NCBI GenBank assembly: GCA_028023455.1
Contig: JAQFVV010000006.1
Span: 6,510,001-6,574,000 of the forward strand
DNA: 64,000 bases
Source: Epiperipatus broadwayi
Taxonomy: Eukaryota; Animalia; Onychophora
Reading direction: 5' to 3'
Shown: in pieces, positions 39,670 through 51,286 of the stretch
Layout: every line of letters begins with the position of its first letter
Position numbering within the stretch: position 1 is the first letter of the stretch
Notes under the pieces: model-generated
Databases searched by the model: none
Told to the model about the DNA's origin: nothing
The model's input: only the letters and a program-made list of their open reading frames with translations
Program-made: the position numbers and the translations under genes

Positions 39670-39992
39670 GTCATGTGAAAGTTTGAGTTCAAACCCCCTA
39701 TATATTACATATTGGAGCGCAGGTATGAATCCTGTCCATTAAAGTATGAAGATTGGCTATCCTAATATAAGCTAAGCATTGATTATATATATATATGTGT
39801 GTGGAGATGATAATCTGGACCAACTGATGAGTGCTGGTTTAGCACAAAATACTTATATTGGTGATTATTTATCTTTTCAATATGTGTGTGATTAAATATG
39901 TCAGCAGTATGAGATAGCGTGGATAGTTGAGTTTCGTGTGAAAGTCTGAGTTCAAACCCCCTATATATTACATATTGGAGTGCAGTTATGAA
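39670..39992 (+). mobile_element. Family C short monomer (263-bp period, 55-bp terminal direct repeat); HHR 39819-39862 with G12 mutated
   Basis: gtgaaagt.tgagttcaaaccccctatatattacatattggag.gcag.tatgaa at 39675 and 39938; ACCAA-CTGATGA-GTGCT[GGTTT]AGCAC-aAAA-TACTTA-TA^TTGGT. Confidence 0.85.
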
Positions 39993-40819
39993 AAAGCCTG
40001 TACTGTAGGAAAATTCATATATTGATAAATATTTAAATAAACTGTGAAAAATATAGTTGTTTTTTGTTGTAGTTAATTGCTCTCAACAATAAAAGAAGAA
40101 TTTGTAAGAAGTTTTGCAATTGTTCTCTCAAAAAATCCGCCAATCATGCTTTGGGGCACTATTTTTTAAAAAATAATCAATATATGTTAATTTCACTTTC
40201 TATCATCAAATAAACACGAAACTAGCAAAATAACATTACTAATAGTCACAAGAGAGAAAAGAAAAGTGAAAGTTCTGTTATTGTCATCTCCAAATGAAGC
40301 ACTTTGTATATATTAATGAGTTAGTTAAATGTATACTTGTTGCTAGTCAGTAACAAACTAGTTTATATTAACTTTTAAAATCAATGTTTTTTTTTTTTTT
40401 TTTTACAAAAATAAACTCTTATTAGAGTATTTAAATCTCAAGATAATAACTAAGTAAAGCAGTATTATCCAATTAAAACTTGTAGAACGAACTCAGATAA
40501 TTTGCTCACACTTAAATTCGTTGGAAAGTTATCATTCCTATAATATTTTCAGATATTTCATCACAAATAAAAATATAATCCTATGGTTTACTGCATGAAA
40601 GATCACAGGATATTTGTTCATATATAGTAGTAGATTGAGCACAGCTGGCCCAATTAATTTACGAATAGGTATTTTATTTTACTCAACTGAGAATCAATTT
40701 GAGAACCTCTGAGTCCAGAATCCATTATTCTACATGAAGCAAGATTTCATCAAAGCTAGAAAAGAACGAGAGAAATTGGGTGATGTAGCTCAGTTTGGGT
40801 CTTATAGAAAGAAGACAAT

Positions 40820-41250
40820 AAAAAAAAACTCTCCATGCAGTAGTGCCACCTGGTATAAGCCTTAGTAATCAGTGGATGCAAGAAGCATTTGTGCATAAAA
40901 TTTGCATCTAGCATCTATTTATGCAATGTCTCCAGACTTGTTTCTAGCTTGTGACTTCCATCAGTGAGGAACCTTGGATCTGAGAGCACTGCACCTAGAT
41001 AATACAACCCTCCAGTAGTTACCATTTGCCTATTCAGTTAACTCTAAAGCTAAGACCCCAAGATGAGAACACAGTAATATTTTTAATCCAAGCTCATTCA
41101 CTTGAATAGTCATGTAGGTCTTAACCCAGTTCGATAACTATACATTTTGGCGTTTTTGGTCTTTTAAAAACCATAGTCACAATCCTATGAGCAGAATTGG
41201 TGTAAAACCACTGATATACCACATGATCACCATTTCCTATGCTTACCCAT
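40820..41250 (-). mobile_element. Older full-length family A monomer
   Basis: Collinear with 55134-55578 from aaaactctcc to cacatgatcaccatttcctatgc; HHR decayed. Confidence 0.8.
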
Positions 41251-41569
41251 GGTTCAAAAATGTTAAAACATTTTAAATAACAAAGCAGGTTTAAATTTTT
41301 AATAAAAAAAATTATTTAAAGCCGGGTGAGTAGTGTCATAATCATAGCATTATGTGATTAAAGGGATTTGAGATCTAGATTTAGAGTATTAAAAGTGCTC
41401 AGCTTTAAATAAATTTTTTTATTATTACAAATTCAAACCTGATTTGCTATTAAAAATGTAACATTTTTTGAACACTTACAATTACTGCAGAAAAATAGGA
41501 TAAAAAAAATTATTTTAGAATTATGCTTCCACATGAAATTCACAGGCTAAAAAGCTTTTTGGATGAGTA

Positions 41570-41645
41570 GGCACTAGATAGAGATTTTATGCTCAAACCT
41601 TCTTGCATCAATTAATTACTAAGGCTTACACTAGATGACTCTACT
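41570..41645 (+). mobile_element. Family A 3' fragment
   Basis: ttggatgagtaggcactagatgagattttatgctcaaaccttcttgcatc. Confidence 0.7.
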
Positions 41646-41659
41646 GTACAGTGTATGCT

Positions 41660-42412
41660 ATTGTATTAAATAGTATTTAATTGGGTTATGAGTAAAGGGC
41701 AGGTAACAAGATGGGTGAGAAAGGTAAATGCGGTATGCAAAAGATTTGGATATAGAATTTATATCAGTATATTTGTACAAAAGATGGAATGATTGTGTTA
41801 AGAGGATTGTTGAGTGTTATAGTGGTAAGGAATGGGATAAAAGAATAGATTTATTAATAAAGAATAGGGAGTTAGAGAGATGGAGAACTAGTATTGAGAG
41901 TAAAAAGAGTTTAAATATATATAGAAATAAACAGAATATTAGGTGCGAGTTAATATATGATAATAGTAAGGAAAGTAATTTATTGTTTAAGGTTCGAATG
42001 GGATCTTTAACTACAAGAGAATATACATGTAAATGGAAAAAGATGGGTGATTTATTTTGTAAATTATGTAAGGAAGGAATAGAAAATATTAGGCATCTGT
42101 TAATTGAATGTAAATGCTTGAAAACAGAAAGGGTACATATAATGAAGTTATGGAATAATAAATATGAAAAAAGTGATTGTACAGAAAGTGAATTATTGTT
42201 TTTTATGCTGGGTTTGGGAAAAGATAAGGGGGAATTAGATATTAAGGCTATAGAGTTGTCAAAGATTATGTTGTGGAAATGGGATGGAGCAGAATATGGG
42301 AAAACTTAGAGTGGGGAATGGAAAATTAAGTGGCTAACAGGTTTATCTGGGCATAATTGCTTAGATATTCTTGACTTCATTTAAAGAGAAGCCACAATAC
42401 ATCACATCACAT
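41660..42412 (+). mobile_element. 3' fragment of LINE family 2; open C-terminal frame 41728-42309 with CCHC finger
   Basis: WRTSIESKKSLNIYRNK..YDNSKESNLLFKVRMGSL..CKLCKEGIENIRHLLIEC; (CATCA)n 3' end; clade not determinable by eye. Confidence 0.85.
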
Positions 42413-43679
42413 TGTTTTAACATCTTGTGTAAGCAAAGAAAATGGTGATTGCAAGATGAAAGAAGGCAATCAGAATTATAAATATGGATATAATTGATTA
42501 AAAACTTGTCTTAAAATTTGCAAAATTACTTAGAATTGGGTTTAATTGTTTCAGTAATGATATTTTCTTTGTGCAATCTTATAAAACTGACAAGTCAAAT
42601 CTGTGCCACTTTTAAGTTGGGGAAATGACCAACAAACCAATATACTTTAAAATATTCTTTTTGTAGGAATTTAACTCTGGTAAAATTAAGATTGTGTCCT
42701 CGTTTTTAATGTAATTTTTCAAATTTGCTGTCATCCATATTTTTCATTTACACAAGTGTCTACATAAGGACCCAGCATAAAAAAGACTCTTGGTATTTTA
42801 CATCATCACAAACAAATGTAACTTTCATTGCTTACTGTCAATATTTTGATTAAAATAAATTATTTATTCTATTTGCTTTCCTTCAAAGATATATGTTGTA
42901 AGCTTCAGTAATTAGTAGTTATTAATTAATAATATTATACTTATACCTCAAACTAGTTTTAGGATAGTGATAACTTCAGCAGTGAAAAGTAGGTTTACCC
43001 TGATATTCAAAACAGCTTAGGGGTTTGAACCCATGTCACTTTGCTATATACTTATGTAAATGGGATAATAATCTCATAAAATATATTTTAGTGACCTTAA
43101 TTCTGTATTAAACTTTAAATATGAAAATGTCAGATGTATGCAACTCCACAAGCAACTTAGTTTGGGTTCAAATCTTTAAAGACTTTTTTGTATATCAGAT
43201 TTGGATAACATATATAAAGTATATGTATCTGCAAAATGTATGAATGAAATTAATCTGAGGATGAGAATATAACACTTTCATCTGGTACATGAGACTGGAG
43301 TAGATAGATATAATCAGTTCTGCCATAGCATATGATTCAGTAATATAAATTTCCAAGGTAAATGATAATTAGAAAATATTTCAGTACAACACCAACTTCA
43401 TGCTCACTCTAATGAAATTCCATTTGCCAGCAATTTTATGTGAATGCAGAAAACTGCCTTCAGATAACCAAGCCATTTAAGAATTCACAACATGCATGCT
43501 CACACATAATGCTGTTCCTAGAATGTATTATGAGATGCCTTCATTCAATAATGGTTTCAATGAGTTTCCCATTATAATTTTATTCACCATTTTTTTTTAA
43601 TGAAAAATACTAAAGCTTAATATTTGAAGAATATTTAAGGGTGATTATGCTCAAGGCTAACTGGATTTATAAGTAATGG

Positions 43680-44147
43680 TTAAAAATCAGTCATCACTTA
43701 GACAAGCCCAATATCAATAACAATTAACAATTTCTAACTGTTGTCAAGACAACCTCCTTTTAACAATAGGAGTGATATCCCACCCTTATTAATAAATGGT
43801 CTAATATACTTATATAGACACTAATGACTGTAATTTGACCACAAATATTGAAATTATTGATACAAAGATGTTTTTAAAAAACCTCTTTAAACAGATAAAT
43901 AAAACCTATTCTGAATTCAGACTAATAAATAGTCAATTATAACATTACAAACTGCAATTATAAATTTCAAATTGCATCCCAAATATTCTCTATGGTCAAG
44001 TTGCTTTAGTGTCTATAATAAGTATATTAGACCATTAATAAGGGTGAAATTCCACCTTAGTGTTAAAAGGTGGTTGTCTTGACAACAGTTAGAAATTGTT
44101 GATTGTTATTGATAATGGGATTGTCTAAGTGTTGACTAGTTTTTTAA
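43680..44147. mobile_element. Fold-back element, ~135-bp inverted arms, TTAA at both ends
   Basis: 43689-43823 vs 44007-44137 reverse-complementary; ttaaaaatcagtc / gactagttttttaa termini. Confidence 0.75.
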
Positions 44148-44269
44148 GTATATTTAATTATATGCACCTATACAAAGAAAAGCTTTTAAGTAATCAAATG
44201 GTAGGCAAAGGTCCCTAGAGTATGTTCTTATTGAGGAACAGTTAAGCTAAATACAGCTCTTGGCAGTGC

Positions 44270-44500
44270 CAATCATCAGATAAGAAGAATGTGAGTGGTT
44301 TACCTTTCTTGGTTATCTTCTAGCTAAGAATATCCAGATATTCATGTACCTATCAGATGCTTAGTTGGTTTGACTAGGGGCTGGAAATCAGAAAAGAATT
44401 CCCAAATCTGTTGGAAAAAATTTCATAATTGACTTGGCCCAGGTTCAAACCTGGATCACAGGTATGGTAGGCAGAAGCACTACCACTGTACTACAGGAAT
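44270..44500 (-). mobile_element. Old tRNA-headed SINE (related decayed copies near 3.7-3.85, 31.1-31.35, 33.3-33.9 and 45.6-45.7 kb)
   Basis: gtagtacagtggtagtgcttctgcc..ccaggtttgaacctggg head, then body with ggtacatgaatatctggatattcttagctag. Confidence 0.45.
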
Positions 44501-44541
44501 TTAAAATAACTTTTCATAACTATTAAATTATGAAAGTATAT

Positions 44542-44628
44542 TATAATAATCAAACTGTAGATATATTTTCTGCTACTTACTGTTTGTAAATACGCAATAG
44601 AAAATATACCTACAGTTTGATTATTATA
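44542..44628. repeat. 87-nt hairpin (30-bp arms, 27-nt loop)
   Basis: tataataatcaaactgtagatatattttct / agaaaatatacctacagtttgattattata, one mismatch. Confidence 0.85.
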
Positions 44629-44677
44629 AATTTCTGAGAACCAAATTCATTACCCCATATAGTTTGGTATAATAGTT

Positions 44678-44792
44678 TTTTTTTCTTTTTCATATGTCAT
44701 AGCATCGGCTGGGACGCAAACCCACAACCGTCTGCAACCAACTACTTGCTTGCAAGGCAGCTGCGATGACCTCTCGGCTAACAACGCTTGAC
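44678..44792 (-). mobile_element. tRNA-Gly-derived SINE with 17-bp TSD
   Basis: TSD agtttggtataatagtt 44661-44677 / 44793-44809; poly(A) tail. Confidence 0.93.
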
Positions 44793-45465
44793 AGTTTGGT
44801 ATAATAGTTGAGTAACAGATTCAGGAACTTAAGGGATACAGATTATGCCCAGTTCAGTGGCTTGCAACATTTGAACTTCTTATCAGCTCTTAGCAAGAAA
44901 GCCATTCAATTACAGTACTTATATATTAAAGAAGATATTACAGTATTTTCTTCCGCTACATTCAAATTCAGTACTACGGCAGTTGTCATTATAATCAGAA
45001 TTAATATAAAAAATAATTAATTGCAAAAACAAAGCTAATAAATATATAAAACATTAACTATTTCGATGACATTGATTGATTACAATATATTAACTTTCGT
45101 AGCTTTAAATGAATAAAAAGAAAAAAGGTCTGATACCTAATTGTAATGATAATTTATTTAAAAAATAGCAAATCGTCAAATAAGCATTCATTATCTGCGG
45201 TACTTAAAGACTTAGTGGTTTCCGTTAAAAATAAACAAACAAACAATGCCGGAATTTGATTATAATTCACGTATTTATATTTTTGTCTTATTTGCATTTT
45301 TTAAATAAACAAACACTTTTCATAAATTCATTTCAAATTGATTCCAGTTTTTATACTTTGATATGCTTAACCCTTTATTTTAGCACCCATATGCTGTGGC
45401 CACATTTCGCAATGCAGATGTTGTATAACTGTTTGCTATATAGACCTGCACGCGCGCACACATTT

Positions 45466-45564
45466 TTTTAAATGTCATAGCATCGGCCGGGACGCGAATC
45501 CGCAACCCGGACAACTGCCTGCAAGTGCTAGGCAGTCGCGCTGACCTCTCGACCACCAAGCAAG
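45466..45564 (-). mobile_element. tRNA-Gly-derived SINE with 16-bp TSD
   Basis: TSD acgcgcgcacacattt 45450-45465 / 45565-45580. Confidence 0.93.
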
Positions 45565-45904
45565 ACGCGCGCACACATTTATCAGTCAATACTTCAATTT
45601 TACAGAATGTTATTCCATCTTGTGTTTTTGCTGCTTAGCTGCATTTGTGAAGCAACTGTTACTTAGTCTGAATTCGAACCTAGACCATAGGCATAACAGG
45701 CCGTTTTGCTACCATTGAAGTACATTGAAAAGTAATAATAAATATAATTGCAGCTTGATTATTACAAAATTTGAGAGTTATATGAAATAATGGTAAGATT
45801 TTCGCAATTTCTTAATTATCTTTCTCCCCTAAATTGTTACGCAATTTTTCTTAGTGTGTTGACTCATGTAAATAAATGTGAAGCTATAGGGAAACTGACT
45901 ATAG

Positions 45905-48408
45905 AGAGCTAACAGGTTTCTTTGGGCATAGTGGCTGAGAGATTCCTGACTCCAAAAAAGGAGAAGCCGCAGTGCTTCACATCTCATCAATTAAAATAGT
46001 AAATTGTGGGAGGATATTAATAAAAGTGGAAAAAATGGGAATAAAAAATTTTGGAAATATATTAAAAGAAGGAATGTAGAGGAGAGAGAAATAGTATTAC
46101 TATATGATGATGGAATAGAGTGTAGCTTTAGAGAAATATTAGAAACAATCTTAAATAAGCAGGTAATGAATTTAGAAAACATGTTAGATGTGAAGGACAG
46201 AGTGATAACAAACATGAAAACAAATAGGAATGGAAATATTAGATTTACAGGGAATGAATTGAATGAGGCAGAGAAGAAATTGAAATTGGAAAGCAGAGAT
46301 AGTGATGAACTTACGAAATAGGGAAAAATTAAATCTATTATTATGTTTTAATAAGATGGCACATAAAAAAATTTCCAGATAGCAGGAATAATACAAGAAT
46401 AAGGTTACTATTTAAAGGGAAGAGTAAGGATCATAGAAAGTTAAACAATTATAGACGAATACCAGTAACATCAATATATTTTTCCATAATATGGTGGCTG
46501 GAAGGATTGCAAAATGGTTGGAAGAAAATAATATAGTGGGAGAAATGCAAGATGGTTTTCGATTGGATAGGTGTATAGGAGATAGTTTATTTGTAATCAC
46601 ACAACTTATAAATATGAATAGGAATACAGGTAGACAGTTATATATAGTTTTTACAGATATAGATAGATTATGGATAAGTTTAGTAAATTTGGGAATGAAT
46701 GAAGCTTTAGTGGAAATACAGAATCAATTAAAGTTAAAATTGGGGTGGGACTAAGGCAAGGATACTCTATGTCACCTATCTTTTTTTGTTATATTTGAGA
46801 GTAATGGGGAGAGCAATAGAAAGGCTAGGAAGAGAGATAGAGATACCATTAATAGGTGACAAGGGAGTTTATTTGAGATATCTACTTGTGCACAGAAAGT
46901 AGAGAAGATATGAAAGTTATGCTGAAGATATACACAGGGTGGGTAAAGAGATGGGGATTAAATTTAGTGAAGAAAAATCAAAAGTAATGATGATAAGTAC
47001 TGAGGAAAGAGAAGAGAATTTTTTTTTATTGGGAGATATAAAGTTAAATGTGGTGAATATGTATAACTATTTGGGAATTGTTTTAAGTAATCAGAGAAAT
47101 TGCTTAAATGAATGGGAGAAAAAGGTGATAAATGAAGCAAAAAAAAAAGAAAGGGACTGATAAAGAAATTAATAGTGGTTTAATATAATAAATATGATGT
47201 AGCTAGAATTGTAGGGGAGTGGCAGTTGCAGGGTTAACTTATGGAAAAGATGTGTTATATGTTAATAAAGGGGTGTTAGATTACTTAGAAAAAGTACAAA
47301 GTGAAGTAGGAAGACATGAAGATGGATGGATGGCAAAGGAGGCAATTGAAAAATAAATGGCAAGGTCAAGTTTTTATATGAGAGATGCAAAAAGCAAAAT
47401 AAAAATGATCAGTAGATTGCAACTTACGGATAATAAGAGAATAGCCAAAATAGTATTTAATTGAGTTGTGAGTAAAAGGACAGGCAACAAGATGGGTGAG
47501 AAAGATAATATGATATGCAGAAGATTTGGATAAAGAATTTATGTCAGTATACTTATACAAAAAATGGGATGAATGTGTGAGGAGAATTATTGAGTGTTAT
47601 ATTGACAAGGAATGGGATAAAAGAATAAAGGCATTAATAAAAAATAGGGAGTTGGAGAGATATGAAACAAGTATTAGAGTAAAAACAGTTTAAATATATA
47701 TATAGAATTAAACAGCATATTGGGTGTGAGTTAATTTATGATAATAGCAAGAAAAGTAATTTACTGTTTAAGGCTCAAACAGGATCATTAGCAACAAGGA
47801 AATTTAATTTGCTAATTATGTAAGTAATATTTTAATTTGCGAAGCACCCATAGTTGAAAATTGAAATAAATCGAGATACTGGCTTAGATATATAGAAAGA
47901 AGAGTAGAGAAAAGGGTGGCTGCTCTTTTCTCATAAAATCTTAGATGTGTGTTTACGTTTGGATGTTATTTTCGACAGCTATCCATGCCATCTGATTGGC
48001 TGTCAGTTAAATATTTTAACGAGCGCTAGAGATTTGCAGTATCTCGATTTATTTCTAATTATGTAAGGAAGGCATAGAAAATATTATGCATCTGTTCATT
48101 GAATGTAAATACCTACAAGCAGATAGGGCACAAATAATGAAGTTGTGGAAGAATAAGTATAAACAAAGTGATTATGCAGAAAGTGGGTTCTTGGTTTTTA
48201 TGCTGGGATAAGGGGGATTTGAATATAAAGGCCATTGGTTGACAAAGATTATGTTGTGGGAATGGGATGGAAGAGGATAGAGAAGAATATGGGAAAAACT
48301 TAGGTTGGAGAATAGCAAGGGAAGGTAAGATGGCTAACAGGTTGTTCTGGTATAGTGGCTGAGAGATTCCTGACTTTAAAAAAGGAGATGGCAGTGCATC
48401 ACATCACA
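45905..48408 (+). mobile_element. LINE family 2: short 3' stub (45905-45990) followed by a 5'-truncated RT-to-3'-end copy (~46000-48408)
   Basis: KKFWKYIK, WLEENNIVGEMQDGFR, GLRQG..SP, GIKFSEEKSKVM, YNYLGI; many stops and frameshifts; (CATCA)n end. Confidence 0.85.
47825..48055. mobile_element. Family E insert (inverted 19-mers 47863-47881 / 48037-48055, 38-nt one-sided extension)
   Basis: 13-bp TSD ctaattatgtaag 47812-47824 / 48055-48067; shares catctgattggctgtcag with the 32 kb copy. Confidence 0.85.
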
Positions 48409-48772
48409 ATTAAAGTATAGTTCACTTCTGTTTTGATCATAATATTAATTTATGTTTTAGAGATTGAATAAAAGAGTAAAATTAAGGATATTTACGAAAA
48501 TGATTATGTAATAGGTGCTGACGCTAATAGGTTCATTTATAATTCTAAGAATAAAATGTCAGTTTTTAACTATTCTAAGATTGGATATCATTAAAAATCC
48601 TAATATCTGCCTTTTTGATTATTATGGAGAATCGAGAAGTAATCTAAATGTAAACATAATTCAACACTTATAACTATATTATTAAAAAATAATTTAAGAT
48701 TAAATTCAGTTTTTTTGAACTTAAAAAAAAAGCAGTTTGTTTGATTAGGATAGCAATATCCATAGTGTATAA

Positions 48773-49408
48773 TAGTAATGTGCAACATATGGATCACAAT
48801 CCTTCAAGGGTTGCAGAAAAAATTGGTGCGGGTCATGAAAATTTTGAGTTCTCATGTGGATAATACATTTTTAATTGAAAAAGAAAGAGAAATATCTAAA
48901 CACTACCGAAAACCGCTTAACTCATTATGGGGTATCTGACCACTTTGTGTTTAAACACTTCTTTCTTTATATTCCAATCATCTTTGTATAAACAGGATAT
49001 CATAATGGCACTTGACTTATATTGCTCTCACTTCTCTTGTTAACTCTCAGAGTTTTGTTCTTCATGCTAATATCCTCCAACACTGATACATACTATTATG
49101 TTTTTGAATGTACACATTTTCTAAAGCAGACTCACAAAGTTGTAATTACTACAAATCAACAGGTCTATTAAGAACCAAGTATTATTATACATTTTTTGTT
49201 AATATGCAGTTTTTTTCAAAACCTTATACCAAATTGTATGTGCTGAAATATAATATAAAGGTATATATTTGTATGTGGTAAAAAGATTTTTATTATTACT
49301 AACTACCCTTATATGGCTTATAATAGGATGGTAACAACATATAATGAATCTCATAAAATTTTCAGTCTGAGAATGGGGGTCACAAGTGTAAAAAGGTCAT
49401 GCACTACT
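48773..49408. mobile_element. Possible old hAT-type MITE
   Basis: 3' ggggtcacaagtgtaaaaaggtcatgcactactg resembles Charlie-type ends; inverted catgaaaattttgag / ctcataaaattttcag. Confidence 0.35.
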
Positions 49409-50715
49409 GATCTATAAGGAAAGATGATTGGAGAAGAGAAAGAAGGATAAGAGAAATATGGCATACTGATTATATGTAACACCCCAAGAGTGGAATTGGA
49501 GATTTGTATATAATTAATCAATGCATTGAAAGAATATATAAGTCCTTTTCTATTTTAATTAGCAATCTCAATATTGATACTAACAAATGTATTCAAAATC
49601 TGAATTTGCATAAGAACGGATTTGTATAAGAACATACACCTTAATACAAGATAACAATATTAAATATTTATTTTTAATTCAACATTTATTGTATGTTTTA
49701 GTTCACTGTATGTTTTCTAACAGTGTTTATGCATTTGGATTAATTGGTTTATATTTTAATACAGCAGAATGGTTTACACCCATTCAGCTGTATAAAACTG
49801 GTTAAATTTGTTTACAAATAGATATCTTACGTCGTAATTATTTTTATGGACTCTACTGACCAGAAGTCATGGGATACAATTCTCCCTTCCATTCAGTGCT
49901 GTAATTAGCATAAATTAATCAATGTAATATATATGGGTCCCTAGAATCTAGGACCCTATTTGTTTTGTACATACTGGAAAAAGTATTAACAGATATTTTA
50001 TTAATATTAAAGTGGGCCTTTTTGAAAATTTAGGTAGCGGCTCAAAAATTTTAGCTTTGTCATTGTTTCCTTTTCAAGAACGAAGCAGAAATTTGGACTC
50101 GCACTTAGGCTGAATTAAAATTCTCATTTGGGTCACTCATTATATAGTGACAGTGCATGCCCTGATAATGCTTACAACATGGGCTTGGATATGGGCTGAC
50201 TAAACCTGGAAAATGTTTGACAGGTTTAACTTTTTTTTTTCAGGTCAAAAACCATAGCTAATCATTCAGCATTTGTCAGTAGATAGTTAGAGGGTACAAC
50301 AAAAATGAAAAATTACTTTAAACCCACACCATCTGTCCTCGCGAATCCCGTCTTCTCCTTTATGGTTACTGTATGGGGGATAGTTAGCGACAATAGCTTT
50401 TGCCCTGCAATAAAATGTTTATAGGCTATTCCATCTATTAATTACACACAAAAAATTAAATCAAATATGTTTACAACAAAATATATATAGATTGCAAATC
50501 AGGGCATTGCAAAACCTATTTAGTTCAAAGTTATCATATTATCATGCACTCAGAAAGAATATGCCACTTTTTAAGTCTTTTATTTTTTTAAAAATCTGTA
50601 TCTAGAATACAAGGATGCATTTACTTAGTAATGTTGAGATTACTACAAATTGCTTTTTTAAAAATGCGAATAATTAAATTAATTATTACTAGATGGCACT
50701 TTTTATTACTGACAT

Positions 50716-51286
50716 TTATAAAGAATAGGGAGTTGGAGAGATGGAGAACTAGTATAGAAAGTAAAAAGAGTTTAAATATTTATAGAAGTAAACAGAATGT
50801 TGGGTGCGAGTTAATTTATGATAATAGCAAGAAAAGTAATTTACTGTTTAAGGCTCCAACGGGATCTTTAGCAACAAGGGAATATACACCTAAATGGAAA
50901 AATATGGGTGATTTAGTCTGCAAGTTGTGTAAGAAAGGCATAGAAAATATTAGGCATCTATTAATTGAATATAAATGACTGAAAGCAGAAAGGATACAAA
51001 TAATGAAGTTGTGGAAGAATAAATATAAACAAAGTGATTACACAGAAAATGGCTTATTGGTTTTTATGCTGGGTTTGGGAAAAGACAAGGGGGATTTAGA
51101 TATAAAGGCCATGGATTTGACAAAGATTATGTTGTGGAAATGGGATGGAGTAGGAGAAAAAAGAATATGAGAAAACTTAGGGTGGGGAATAAAAATGGAA
51201 GTCAAAGTGATTACAGGTTTTTCTGGGCACAGTTGCTGAAAGCTTCCTGACTCCATATAAGAAGTCACAGAGCATCACATCACATC
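50716..51286 (+). mobile_element. 3' fragment of LINE family 2 (uninterrupted CCHC region)
   Basis: KNRELERWRTSIESKKSL..CKLCKKGIENIRHLLIE; catcacatcacatca end. Confidence 0.87.
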
